Below, piece by piece: positions 48,119-58,060 of a DNA stretch of 64,000 nucleotides; positions within the stretch are counted from its first letter, which is position 1; each line of letters opens with the position of its first letter. Under the pieces are notes generated by a model. The model was given only the letters and a program-made list of their open reading frames with translations. It did not search any database and was not told the origin of the DNA. Source of the stretch: Hyaloraphidium curvatum SAG 235-1 (lineage: Eukaryota > Fungi > Monoblepharomycota); contig JAIVFI010000030.1 in NCBI GenBank assembly GCA_025558095.1, forward strand, positions 1-64,000. Reading direction: 5' to 3'. Made by a program: the position numbers and the translations under genes.

Positions 48119-48945
48119 CGTTAGCGGCGTTGCGGGGGGAATGTGTCTGGGGTGCTTCTGTGGAAGGGCTGGGACCAGTACGTTGTCTCCCGCGGCCGAC
48201 GAGTAACTACCTGCATCGCCGGCGTCCGAAGCTATTTCGCATGGTCGCGAGCATTGGAGCGATTGCGTCCTTCAATGATCCGGGCGCCGTTTCCCGTAGA
48301 CTCCTCGCACCGGCCCTAACGGCCTCGAAACGGCATGGCCTGCGCAGGCTTTCTCTCTACTCGTGACCGCCGGTGCTCTTCGTCATCGCCCAAGCGGCCG
48401 ATCCGAAGCCTACAGCTGTGACGTGCTTCTTCTCTGCGGTCGCCGCTGCAAGCCTTCGGCAATGCAGTTTTCGCGACGCGGCGGAGCCGCTATTGTTGCG
48501 GGTCCCCGATCTGCGGAGCTGTCTACTGCGGCACTAGAGGTCACTTGCCCGAGATGCTTTTGCACCGTCTGCCAACGTGCAACCTTTAATGTGAGGTAGG
48601 GTTGGCGCTTGAGTGGTGAGGACTCACAGGATCAATGGCCGGACCCGCAGGGTCCGAGGCGGCGGCACGGCTTCTGGAACCAACAAGGTCCGCCGGCCCG
48701 GGCGCGAACGGTGATGCATTGGATTGTTTCGGACCACGGAATCCGTGAGTGTGCTTACTTGGTTCAATGTCCGATGTGTCACGTCTCTCGGCCTGACGAT
48801 GGAATCGGCGCGGCGAATGCGAACGGACGGACACCCCAGCCACGCCAGAGCGGCGGCAGGGGAGGTCTTTGCGGCAAAATCAACCGCAGCAACGGCTCGC
48901 AACTCCGCCGCGTGAGCTTCTTCGAGTCGCTTCGCGCTTGCCGTT

Positions 48946-49161
48946 ATGAGGCCGCCGGCCTTCGCGCTCCTTGCCGCGCTGCTCTTCCTAGCGTTCCTCT
49001 GGGCGCCGCGCGCGTCCGGCCTCGCCGTTCCCTCCCAAGCCGGCGAAAATGAGGAGCATGCGTTGGCTGCGCGAGTGGCCTCCCCCGGGGGCCAGGCTTC
49101 CGGTCCGTTGCGGTCAGGCGAGATCTGGTCGGTCCTACGCGAATCCGCTAGGGCGCGCTAG
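48946..49161 (+). CDS. Small secreted peptide precursor candidate (71 aa)
   Basis: Signal-like MRPPAFALLAALLFLAFLWAPRASG, acidic pro-like segment ending ALAAR. Its stop overlaps the opposite gene's stop in CTAG at 49158-49161. Confidence 0.35.
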   Translation: MRPPAFALLAALLFLAFLWAPRASGLAVPSQAGENEEHALAARVASPGGQASGPLRSGEIWSVLRESARAR

Positions 49162-50498
49162 CACATGGCAGCCAACGCAGCCGCGGCGGCAAGTGCGGGC
49201 ACCAACCCGGCCATCGCCCTGTTCCCGCCGGCGATCCGGCTGCTCGTGACGGTGCTGGTTGCGCCGGTGGTGGATGCGATGCTGCTGGACGCGATGGTGC
49301 TGGAAACCACAGTGCTGGACGCGAGGGTGCTGGTCGCGGTGGAGCTGGCGTCGGTGCTCGGGGCTATCGTGCTCGGGGCCGCAGTTTCCGTGGTGCTCGG
49401 AGCGGCGGTGCTGGGAGCGGCGCTGCTGGTCGCAAGAGTGCTGGGGACCGCGGTGCTGGAGACAACGGTGCTGGATTCCACCGCGCTGGATTCGACCGTG
49501 CTGCTGGCCACCGTGCCTGTGGAGGCCACGGTTGAAACCGGGGTGCCGGTCCCCGCGGCACTGGATGCGATCGTGCCCGTCGCGACGGTGCTGACGGTGG
49601 CGGTGGTCGAGCCGGAGATGGCGGCAAAGGGGATGGCAGGGGAGCCGTCGACGACGGAGGCGCACCTGGCCGTCATGGCGACTGCGGCGGGGAAGTTATC
49701 GGCGTGCAGTAAGGGGGGAGAGAGAGGGGGCCATACAGGTGATGGGGCCGAGCGAGACGGTGCCGCAGTTGCCGGCGGTGACGTCGAAGGTGCCGACGCC
49801 GGTGAAGGGGATCTGGGGTGGCAGGAAAACGCGTCATGGGAGGCGGCCAGCAGGCGACGGGGAGAAACCCACGGTGCAGGCGTCGTTACCGAAGAAGGCC
49901 ATGGTGCCCGAAGCGGCGCCAGGGGCGCAGGCAGGGCGGCCGAAGGCGGGGATGCCGATGAAGCCGAGGGGCACGCACTGGTTGGCGATCACGGCGGCGG
50001 CGGTGAGGTAGGTGCCGGAGCAGGTGGCGCCGGACCACTGGGTGACGACGAAGTAGTCGCCCTGCGGATCGGAGCGGAGCGTCAGTGCTGGGCCGCGCGC
50101 GGAAATGGCGCGCGGCAACCCACCGAGCCCTGGAGGGTGAAGGACTGGGGTGCATTGGCGTTGCAGGTCTGGGTCACGTCGTAGGGCACGTTGGCGCTGC
50201 TGGACATGCATGCGACGCTCCCCTGGCAGGTGGTCGGCAAGTTTGCCTGGACTGCTTGGGGGGGAAGGGGGTGAACGGGGGACACTGATCAGTGAGGGGG
50301 GAAGGCGCCGCGGCAGCACGCACAGAGCTGCGGCGCCGTGGCGTTGGCCGTGCAGCCGCTGTCGGGCAGGAAGCCGTCGATGATGGTGGCGCCCCGGGCG
50401 GGAACGGCGGCCGCGGCGAGCAGGGCGGCGATGATCCCGAGCGCTCTGACGCGCAGCGGGAGTCCTGACTGCGAGCAGCTATTCTGCCGCCGAGTCAT
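49158..50498 (-). CDS. GPI-anchor-type cell-surface protein: receptor-kinase ectodomain plus Ser/Thr stalk, no kinase
   Basis: Signal peptide; four introns at the same positions as in the receptor kinases; Cys-rich ectodomain; 5-residue S/T repeats; C-terminal AGGNRAMAGLVPALAAAAALAAMC*. Confidence 0.85.
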
Positions 50499-50986
50499 GT
50501 CGGGATGGGCATCGGAGACGTGAACCGAGAAGTTCCCGAGCGGTCCGAGGACGCGTCGCCGGTCCATCGGCCGTGCTCGGTCGCAATGCAGTACTGACAC
50601 TCAGACGACCCGACGGCGTCGTCGCGGCCGCGAGATCCCCTCTCCACCGGAATTCCGCTCTCCGCCCACGCGCCGCACAGTGCCGGCTCCTGCGGGTTCG
50701 GTCGAGGCAGCGACGGAACTTGGCCGCTGGCTCCCTGGACGGGGCGAATTGCGACGCGGCGGGCGCCCGTCCCCGCGCCTTCGGCGGAAGAAACACTGAT
50801 GATGCGTTGCCGCAGGAGGCCCGCTGCGCAGGTCTTGAGGACTCGGCGTCGGGAAGGAGGGTGGGGACGCGCGGGCTGGTGATCTGACTCGACAGGATCC
50901 CCGCTCCCCGCTCCTCGAATCACAGCGCAGACAGACTTGTAAACACGATTGCTTAACAAAAATCGGGCGAGCTTCTACCGTCGTCC

Positions 50987-53384
50987 CTATCCGACGATCT
51001 CGTCCAGCTCCTTGGCCACCTGCACGAACGTCGGCCTCTTCTTCGGGTCCTGGTCCCAGCACCGCTCCATAAGGCTCCACACTGCGTCCGGAACCCCCTC
51101 GGGCCGCTCCGGGCGGACGCCCTTGACGGCAACGTTGTACAGGACCTGGATGGGAGGTGGTTGTCAGCGTTTGTCGCGATGGCGGCGCTCGCACCCACCA
51201 ATGCCGGGTTCAGCAGCTCCTCGAGCGGGTACTTGCCCTTGCTCACGACCTCGTAGCACAACATCGAGAACGCGTACACGTCCGCCGGCTTCTGCAGCGC
51301 CGCGCCGTCCACCAGCTCCGGCGCCAGGAACCCCGGCGTGCCCGAGAGCCCGCCGCCGACGGTGCCCGCGGCGGTCGACTTGCCGACCTCCTGGCGCACC
51401 CGCGAGAGGCCAAAGTCGGTGATCATGGCTTTGCTGCCGTCAATGAGCACGTTGAGGGACTTGATGTCGCCGTGCAGGATGCCGAGGCCGTGCAGGTAGA
51501 CCATGCCGTTGGCGACGTCTTCGAGGAAGCGCAGGCCGAGGTCTAGGGGCCAGCCGCGGGCCGACAGGTACTTGCGGAGGTTGCCGTCGCGGACGAGGTC
51601 GGTGACCATCATCGGGGGAGAAGGGCAGTAGGCCATCAGCGGGAGGACTGCGTAAAAGCGTGGAGATCAGCACCTCCACAGACTCCGAGCCGTTGGCGAG
51701 CCGCTCACCGTTACGCTGGACGAGGCCCTCCCAGTTGGTCACCTCCTTCGCAAAAGCCTTCAGGGTGTGCTCGTCGAGGTCTCCTTTCAGAGTCTTGACT
51801 GCGACTCTAGTCCCGCGCAGAGTGCCGACATAGACAACCCCAAAGCTGCCTTCTCCCAGCTTTTGCGAGCTGTCGATGACGATGTCCGTAGCCGAAACAA
51901 GGAGCTTGGAGCTCGGCTGCGGGACAGGGGGGGGGGCGATCGGGCTTCCGCCCGGAAAAAGGGGAGTGCCGGAGGCGACCGACCCAGCGGCGAGCGTGGA
52001 TCCTGCTGTGTCCGCAGAAGCTCCGTCCCCAGAGGCTGCCAGAGGAAACGCAAGAGCAACGGCGGCAGCGGGTGTCACGGGTAAAGCTTGCTCCTGGTGT
52101 GGGTCGTTGCTCGGCACTGAGGCGACGTCCTCCGCGAGCGCAGGGTTGCTGGCTTCGGAAGGTGAAGCCGCCACTCGCGGCACGCTGTCAGCGTTGCCCC
52201 TGGCGGTGGATGAAAACCCGCGAACTGTCCCAGGTTCCATATGCGGCGAGCCTGCAGGCATCTGCTTCTCTGCTTTCTCCGCAGGAATGCTCTCCGCAGG
52301 CCTCCTCCTCCGCCTCATCCAGAACAGCAGCACTACAAGCAGAGCAAGCGCCGCGAGTCCCCCAAGTACACCGCCTACGATTGCTCCGACGGGCGGCGAT
52401 GAGGAGGTCGGCGGAGAAGGGAGAGGCGTTGATTGCGTTGGCGTCGTGGTGGTGACGGATTGGGTACTTGTCGTGGCAACCGATCCCCCTGTAGCCTCTG
52501 CAAATGGAATCGGGAAACCCTGAAGCGGGTAATCGCACTTGGCCGTTAGAGCGACTGTGGCGAAACTGGTCACCAGAACTTCACGAAGAACGGAGCCGGA
52601 GGGCATACACGTAGCAGAACCGAGATTCAGAATGTCGCAGTGGCCGCGAATGGCTTTGAACGTGCCAAAGCTGGGGAAGGGCCTCTGCATGGATGCCGTG
52701 CGCATGAATAGGGTAACGCAGAGCGCGCATGAGCGGTAGGGGAAAACGTACCGAACAGGCCCCGTCAACAAAGAAGGACAAGCTCCCTTCCGCGTCGGTG
52801 ACGCCGGAGCATGTGGAGAGGCCATAGGCCGGGATGCCGAGGAAACCAAGCGGGACGCACTCATTGGTGAGCACCGCGGCGGCGGTAGAATATGTGCCGG
52901 AGCAGGAAGTGCCGGACCATTGGGTGAGGACGAAGTAATTGCCCTGCGCGGAAAATGCAAGAATCAATGGAGAGAGTGGGCGCGGCAGAAGGCGAGTGAA
53001 GAACCACCGTGCCCGAGAGCGTGAATGACTGAGGGGCGCTTGCGTCGCAAATCTGCCGAGCGTCGTAGCCAACGCTGGAAGTAGATTCACAGGCTAAATT
53101 TGCCTGACATGTCCCGGGTAGCTGGGCTTGGATTGATGGCGGTTTCGATGCCGGCCGAGTAGTGGCCGGTGTGAGCACGCACGAAAGAAATCAATGCTGC
53201 GCGGCAGCTCACAGAGCTGCTTGAAAGTGCCTGCAACAACGCATCGGCTCCCAAGAGTGAAGCCGTCGATGATTGTCGCGCCCCGTGCAGGAACCGCCCT
53301 CGTGATGATGGCGGCGATGATCGCGACCACGATGACGCGAGGCGCCGCTAGCGGCCCTGAATTATTGCTCCGATGCGCAGTCAT
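50987..53384 (-). CDS. Single-pass receptor-like TKL kinase, copy L (7 exons)
   Basis: Signal, Cys ectodomain, Thr stalk, TM VGAIVGGVLGGLAALALLVVLLFWMRRRRR, GEGSFG, VAVK, HGDIKSLN, DFG, GTPGFLAPE, CWDQDPKKRP. Confidence 0.88.
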
Positions 53385-54086
53385 GCTCGAGATCAACGTC
53401 GTAGCCACGCGTGTGCGGTGGCGGCACTTCGTCCCCCCGCGTCGGACTGCGCCCCGGCACAGCCGATCCGATGGCAAAGTCCGCGGGCGCGAACTCCGCT
53501 TGCGGCAAAGTGGTGGCCGGAACCCGCTCGGTGGCGCCGTGCGCTTGAAGCTCGGGGCGAGGGAGCAACGGAACGTTGCCACGGGTTTGGGGTCGCGTGC
53601 GACGCCGCGGCAGGCCGCTTGAGGACCGCGTCCCGAACTCCGACGAGGTAAACCCAACTGCAGCGCCAGCCCAGGCAACGGGCCTAACGTCCGGGAACTG
53701 AAGGCCTGTTTGAAGGCCCACGGCAGCGACTATGACCGCACGCGAAGCGGTGGTGTTCCTTGGAGCGGAGCGAGGGACCTCAACGAAGTCGAGCGCACGT
53801 CCTCGGGGCACGTGGGCGGCGCGGGGAGGGTTTCCGCGTCGGCACTCGTCCCGTCCAGGTCGAAAACCCAGCGTAGTTTTCGAGCAGGGGAGAGAGCGGC
53901 TGGTGGCGGCTGGAGGTCCGACGGTTCCAAGGACGCACTCGTCCGAGAGAGCCTGTACGTCTACATCCCTCACGCCCGCTTGGAGGCAGCTCGAATGGAG
54001 CAGCAAAGGAATCAAGAGCCGCCTTTTCGCGATTGTACAGGCCTGCAATTAGCATCTCGGCGTCAAACAGCTTCATGCTCCTGTGG

Positions 54087-55406
54087 TCATCTTCGATCAA
54101 CGGCCTCTGCCCGCCCGCCAATCATCTCCACTTCCGCCTCCCCATCCAAGTCCCCCAGCGGCTCGTCCAAAACCCCCTCCTGCACCCCTTCCCCGCCCCC
54201 GTCCTCCTTGGGCGCCTCCCCGCACCCCTCCCAATCCACCGTCCACCTCGCCGCGATCCCCATCTCGGCCTTCCACCCCTCCCCCGTCCTCAGGCAGTCG
54301 TTGAGCCCCGCGTGCTCGCACCCCTTCGATCCCGAATAGACGCAGTCCGAGCGCGCGCGGAGCAAGGGGGCCGAGTACAGCGCGGCCCCGCCGAACGCGC
54401 CCCGCACGGGTACGAACGGTTCCTTCCCCTCGCCGTCCCCCTGCTCCTTCACATTCTTCATCCCCTCGGGCCCGACATACTCGCAATACCACCCCCCTTT
54501 CTTCGCCCCCGCGCAGCTGCGGTGGTCCAGCGCTCCCCCGGGAAACGCGCCCCCGCCGTCGAGCGCGAACCGGTCGCAGTAGTATCCTTGCGCCCCCTCC
54601 GCGTGCGGCGCGGCGGGGACGGATGCGACGGTGCCGTTGGGGAGAGAACGGGGGAGGTACCACCCACAGATGCCGTTGGGGAAGAGGGCGGACCAGCCCT
54701 TGCCCCCGAAGGGCGGCCGGAGGTGCGAGGTGGAGGGGTCGAGGCGGTCGTACCGCCGCTCCGCGGCCAGGAGGTTGGTCCACACACCCTCCCATCCCTC
54801 CACGCCCCGCTGCCGCTCCACGCGCCACGGCACGCACATGTCCGTGTCCACCGGGAACAGGTAGTCGACGTTCGAGTACCAGGAGTGGGTCCGCAGCGCG
54901 TGGAGGTACCCGTCCCGCGCGCGGGCGAGCGTGCGGAGGTCCTTCTTCCCGCCCGGGTGGCGGAACGCGACGGCGCGGGCAGAGAGGATCTTCGGGTGTC
55001 GCGAGGGGCGGAGCGGCGGGGCCGGCGGGGCCGGCGGGTACGGAGGCGTCCAGTCTTTATGGTCGTCCTCGGATTCCAGGAACGGCACGCCGCGTTCGTC
55101 CGCCCAGGCGCGCAGCGCGCGGCCGCCGTCCCGCGAGCCGTTCTCGACGAGGAGGACGTGCAGCGCGCCAACCATCGACGCGAGGCGCTCCAAATTTGCG
55201 AGGAGGAAGGGGAGCTCGTGCGCCGCGGAGCGGGCGATGGTGGCGGCGAGGAGGACGAGGTCCGACGGGCAGCGCGCGCGGGACGCGTTGGAGGCTGTCC
55301 GTGGCGCGGGCTCCGGCTCGTCATCGAGGGCGGCCGGCGGCGACCGGAGCAGGAAAAACGACGAAATGAGCAGGACGAGCAGAACGAGTAGGTTCGGATG
55401 GGGCAT
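54087..55406 (-). CDS. CAP59/CMT1-like (GT69) mannosyltransferase-family glycosyltransferase
   Basis: N-terminal TM; VENGSRD, LARARDGYL, VDTD (DxD), DRFAL, VRGAFGGAALY, CEH; intronless. Confidence 0.8.
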   Translation of the reverse strand: MPHPNLLVLLVLLISSFFLLRSPPAALDDEPEPAPRTASNASRARCPSDLVLLAATIARSAAHELPFLLANLERLASMVGALHVLLVENGSRDGGRALRAWADERGVPFLESEDDHKDWTPPYPPAPPAPPLRPSRHPKILSARAVAFRHPGGKKDLRTLARARDGYLHALRTHSWYSNVDYLFPVDTDMCVPWRVERQRGVEGWEGVWTNLLAAERRYDRLDPSTSHLRPPFGGKGWSALFPNGICGWYLPRSLPNGTVASVPAAPHAEGAQGYYCDRFALDGGGAFPGGALDHRSCAGAKKGGWYCEYVGPEGMKNVKEQGDGEGKEPFVPVRGAFGGAALYSAPLLRARSDCVYSGSKGCEHAGLNDCLRTGEGWKAEMGIAARWTVDWEGCGEAPKEDGGGEGVQEGVLDEPLGDLDGEAEVEMIGGRAEAVDRR

Positions 55407-55824
55407 TCGAGGCCATGGGCGACACCGTTGACGGCTCTGACGGATCCGTCGATCCCCCTCCCTCGATCTCCGAGCAATTCAAGAAACCAACGACGTGAGC
55501 CACGAAATGCACAGATATACATGTGATCTATCGAGTTCGGCCTACTGGAAGTGTGGATGCTCGCGATTCGGACAGGAATCGTCCCGACCGTCCGCCGCGC
55601 CCATTCGCCGCCTGGAAGCCAACTGAGCCTGATCCGCCAATGCATGACACCGCGGAGGACACGGAAGAGCCTCTCACCAGTAAATTGCGCCCGTCTTTGC
55701 CAGTTTCGGTCGCTTGCCTCCGTTTGGGGGCCTACCAACGGTCACATGACGTGGCCCATGCAGGGCATCTGGTTCCGCACGGCCGGCGGTCCCTTATCTG
55801 ACGGCGTCATCCCGGCCCACCGGA

Positions 55825-57366
55825 ATGGCGCTCGTGTGCAGCTGCGCGACGACGCAGCTCGTGCTCCGCGGCACGGGCTCGCTGTCGCTGGTCGGCGGGG
55901 CCGGGCGGCCGCCTGGGGAGCGCGCCGCGGAGATGCCGGTGGCGACAACCGCGCCCGCGGGAGTCCAGGGTCCCGGACGCCCCGGGTTGCCCGGAGAACT
56001 CGTATCGCGCATTTTGAGCAAAGTGGACCCGCTGGACTCGGCGACGCTGGCGGCCGCCGCGGCGGTGTGCCGCGCGTGGCGGCCGTGGGCGACCGAGCGG
56101 CTGTACGCGTACTGCCGGCCGCCGCTCTCAAAGCTCGACTCGCTGGCCGCATTCTGGGAATCTCAGTACCCTTCGGGCGACGACGCGCCCTCGGCCAGCC
56201 TGCTGCTCGACGCCCCGCGGCTGCAGCACGCCGTGCGACTGGACGGGCTGTTCCCGCTGCCCCCCGCGCCCTCGTCGCTTCCCGACCACCCGCTGAAAAC
56301 CCTCGACCTCTCGCTGCTCTCGCACGCTTCGGCAGCCGCCTTGCACCGCTTGGCCCTGCACTCCCCGCCGGCCTCGGCCCTGGTCACCGCGAAAGACTAC
56401 CGCCACATGGCCGGCGGCTCCCTGGCCGCCCTGCTCACCCGCTCGCCGCGTCTGCTCCGCCTCGTCCTACCGGAAAGCTACGGCGAGGACCGCCTCTCCA
56501 TCGACGACTTTTTCCTCTCCCTGCTCCCCACCACCGTCCCCCTCCTCGCCCATCTGGCCGTGTACGACAACGGCCACGTGACGGACCGCGGCCTCCCGCC
56601 CTTCTCGCAGCTCCCCCTGCGCTCGCTCCACCTCGCAGTCGTGCCGTGGCGCGTGATTCTCGCAAAATTGCTGTCGCACCTGCCGCCCACCCTGGAATCG
56701 CTGGGCATGGGCAAGCTCAAGGCGCGCGACGCGGACCAGCTCGTCTGGTTCCTCCGCGACCACCCTTCCATGAACGAACTGGACCTCCCCCACGCCGAGC
56801 CCGGGTTCTTCGCGGGCGGCACCGTCGCCCGCCTCCTCGACGCCGCCCCGGCGCTGGAGAGGCTGGGGATCGAGGTCGAGCCCGGGCAGACCATCCCGCC
56901 CCCGCCGCCTGCGGAACCGGAACCACAACCTGCGGAAGGCGAGCAGCCCGATGCCGATCCCGGCGGCGCCGAACAGCTGCAGCCGCCCCCCGTCGCCGCA
57001 CCGGCGCCGCAGGAGCCGGAACCGCACTACCTCTCGGGCCTGCTGTCCCCTCCCCCGTCCTTGACCCACCTCCGCGTGGCGGGGCACGCGCTGCCTCCCG
57101 ATCTGCTCCCCCGCGTGCTGCCGCAGCTCGTCGCGCTGGACGCCAGGGGGTGCGGGGCGGAGGTGGCCGCGGCGTTCGCGGCGGGGGCAAGGTACCCGAA
57201 GCTGAGGATGGTGGACGTGCGAGGATGCGAGGGCGTGGAGAGGGAGGTGGTGGTGGCCGCGTGCCCGGCGCTGGAGAGGGTGTTCGTTGGGGAGATCAGG
57301 CAGGGGGACGGGCTGCGGGAGTGGGGCGCTTTCGGGAGCGAGGGGGGGAGGTGGAACCTCTCTTGA
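55825..57366 (+). CDS. F-box / RNI-like leucine-rich-repeat protein
   Basis: LPGELVSRIL...AVCRAW F-box followed by LxxLxL repeats. Start may be the ATG at 55932. Confidence 0.8.
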   Translation: MALVCSCATTQLVLRGTGSLSLVGGAGRPPGERAAEMPVATTAPAGVQGPGRPGLPGELVSRILSKVDPLDSATLAAAAAVCRAWRPWATERLYAYCRPPLSKLDSLAAFWESQYPSGDDAPSASLLLDAPRLQHAVRLDGLFPLPPAPSSLPDHPLKTLDLSLLSHASAAALHRLALHSPPASALVTAKDYRHMAGGSLAALLTRSPRLLRLVLPESYGEDRLSIDDFFLSLLPTTVPLLAHLAVYDNGHVTDRGLPPFSQLPLRSLHLAVVPWRVILAKLLSHLPPTLESLGMGKLKARDADQLVWFLRDHPSMNELDLPHAEPGFFAGGTVARLLDAAPALERLGIEVEPGQTIPPPPPAEPEPQPAEGEQPDADPGGAEQLQPPPVAAPAPQEPEPHYLSGLLSPPPSLTHLRVAGHALPPDLLPRVLPQLVALDARGCGAEVAAAFAAGARYPKLRMVDVRGCEGVEREVVVAACPALERVFVGEIRQGDGLREWGAFGSEGGRWNLS

Positions 57367-58060
57367 TCGGATCCTCGGGGAGGCGGATGGGGACGGTGCC
57401 GATGGGAACGGGAAGGAAGGGAACAGTGTCTTGCCGGATGGGAAGGGCGCTTGCTAGATGTACAGGTAGACGGCGGCGAAGAAAGGCCGATAGACAGATG
57501 CAGTAGTGGAACCTATGGGTTGGGAACGACCCGCTCTCCATCTTCTTCCTAACTGGAGCAAGAGCAGCCGTGCCCCGTTGTCCTTGCGACTCGTGGCGCG
57601 TGCTCTCCAGTTTTCTTCGCGTGCGGACGTCGGCAGTCGGCATGCACCTGCTTCGATTGCTTCGAGTATCGAGTATCAGCCTCACCAGCCCACCTCTACT
57701 TCGACCCACGTCTCCACGTCTCGCTACCGGATACCTGTTCACCGACCGGGCCGCCCGCTTTCGTCGACCAATCTTCTGCTTACGGGGCAGGCAGTGTTGG
57801 CTGCCACCGCAACGCACGGCGCACCCGCAGCGAGGAAACCGGCACTGCGCGCGGGTTCTTTCATTGCCTCGCTCCGCGCTCGAAGGAGCAGCACCCGCGG
57901 TGCCGTCCGCACCGTGCGGCGCTTAGACGGAGAGTGAAGCCCTCGGGCGCTCCCACATCGGGCCGGGTGGTGCCGCATCCCGGCGGGCGCGAGGTCCACC
58001 GCGCCCTCGCTTCGTTGTCGGTCTTTTCGCGGCCCCCCTCGACTGCGCCGCACAGCCAGG

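Noticed and set aside
49230-49620. 15-bp periodic repeats as a CRISPR or satellite array
   Set aside because: Degenerate coding repeats of the Ser/Thr stalk; no repeat-spacer structure.
53730-53930. 66-aa ORF as a further 7TM-family N-terminus
   Set aside because: Resemblance too weak and no TM segments follow.
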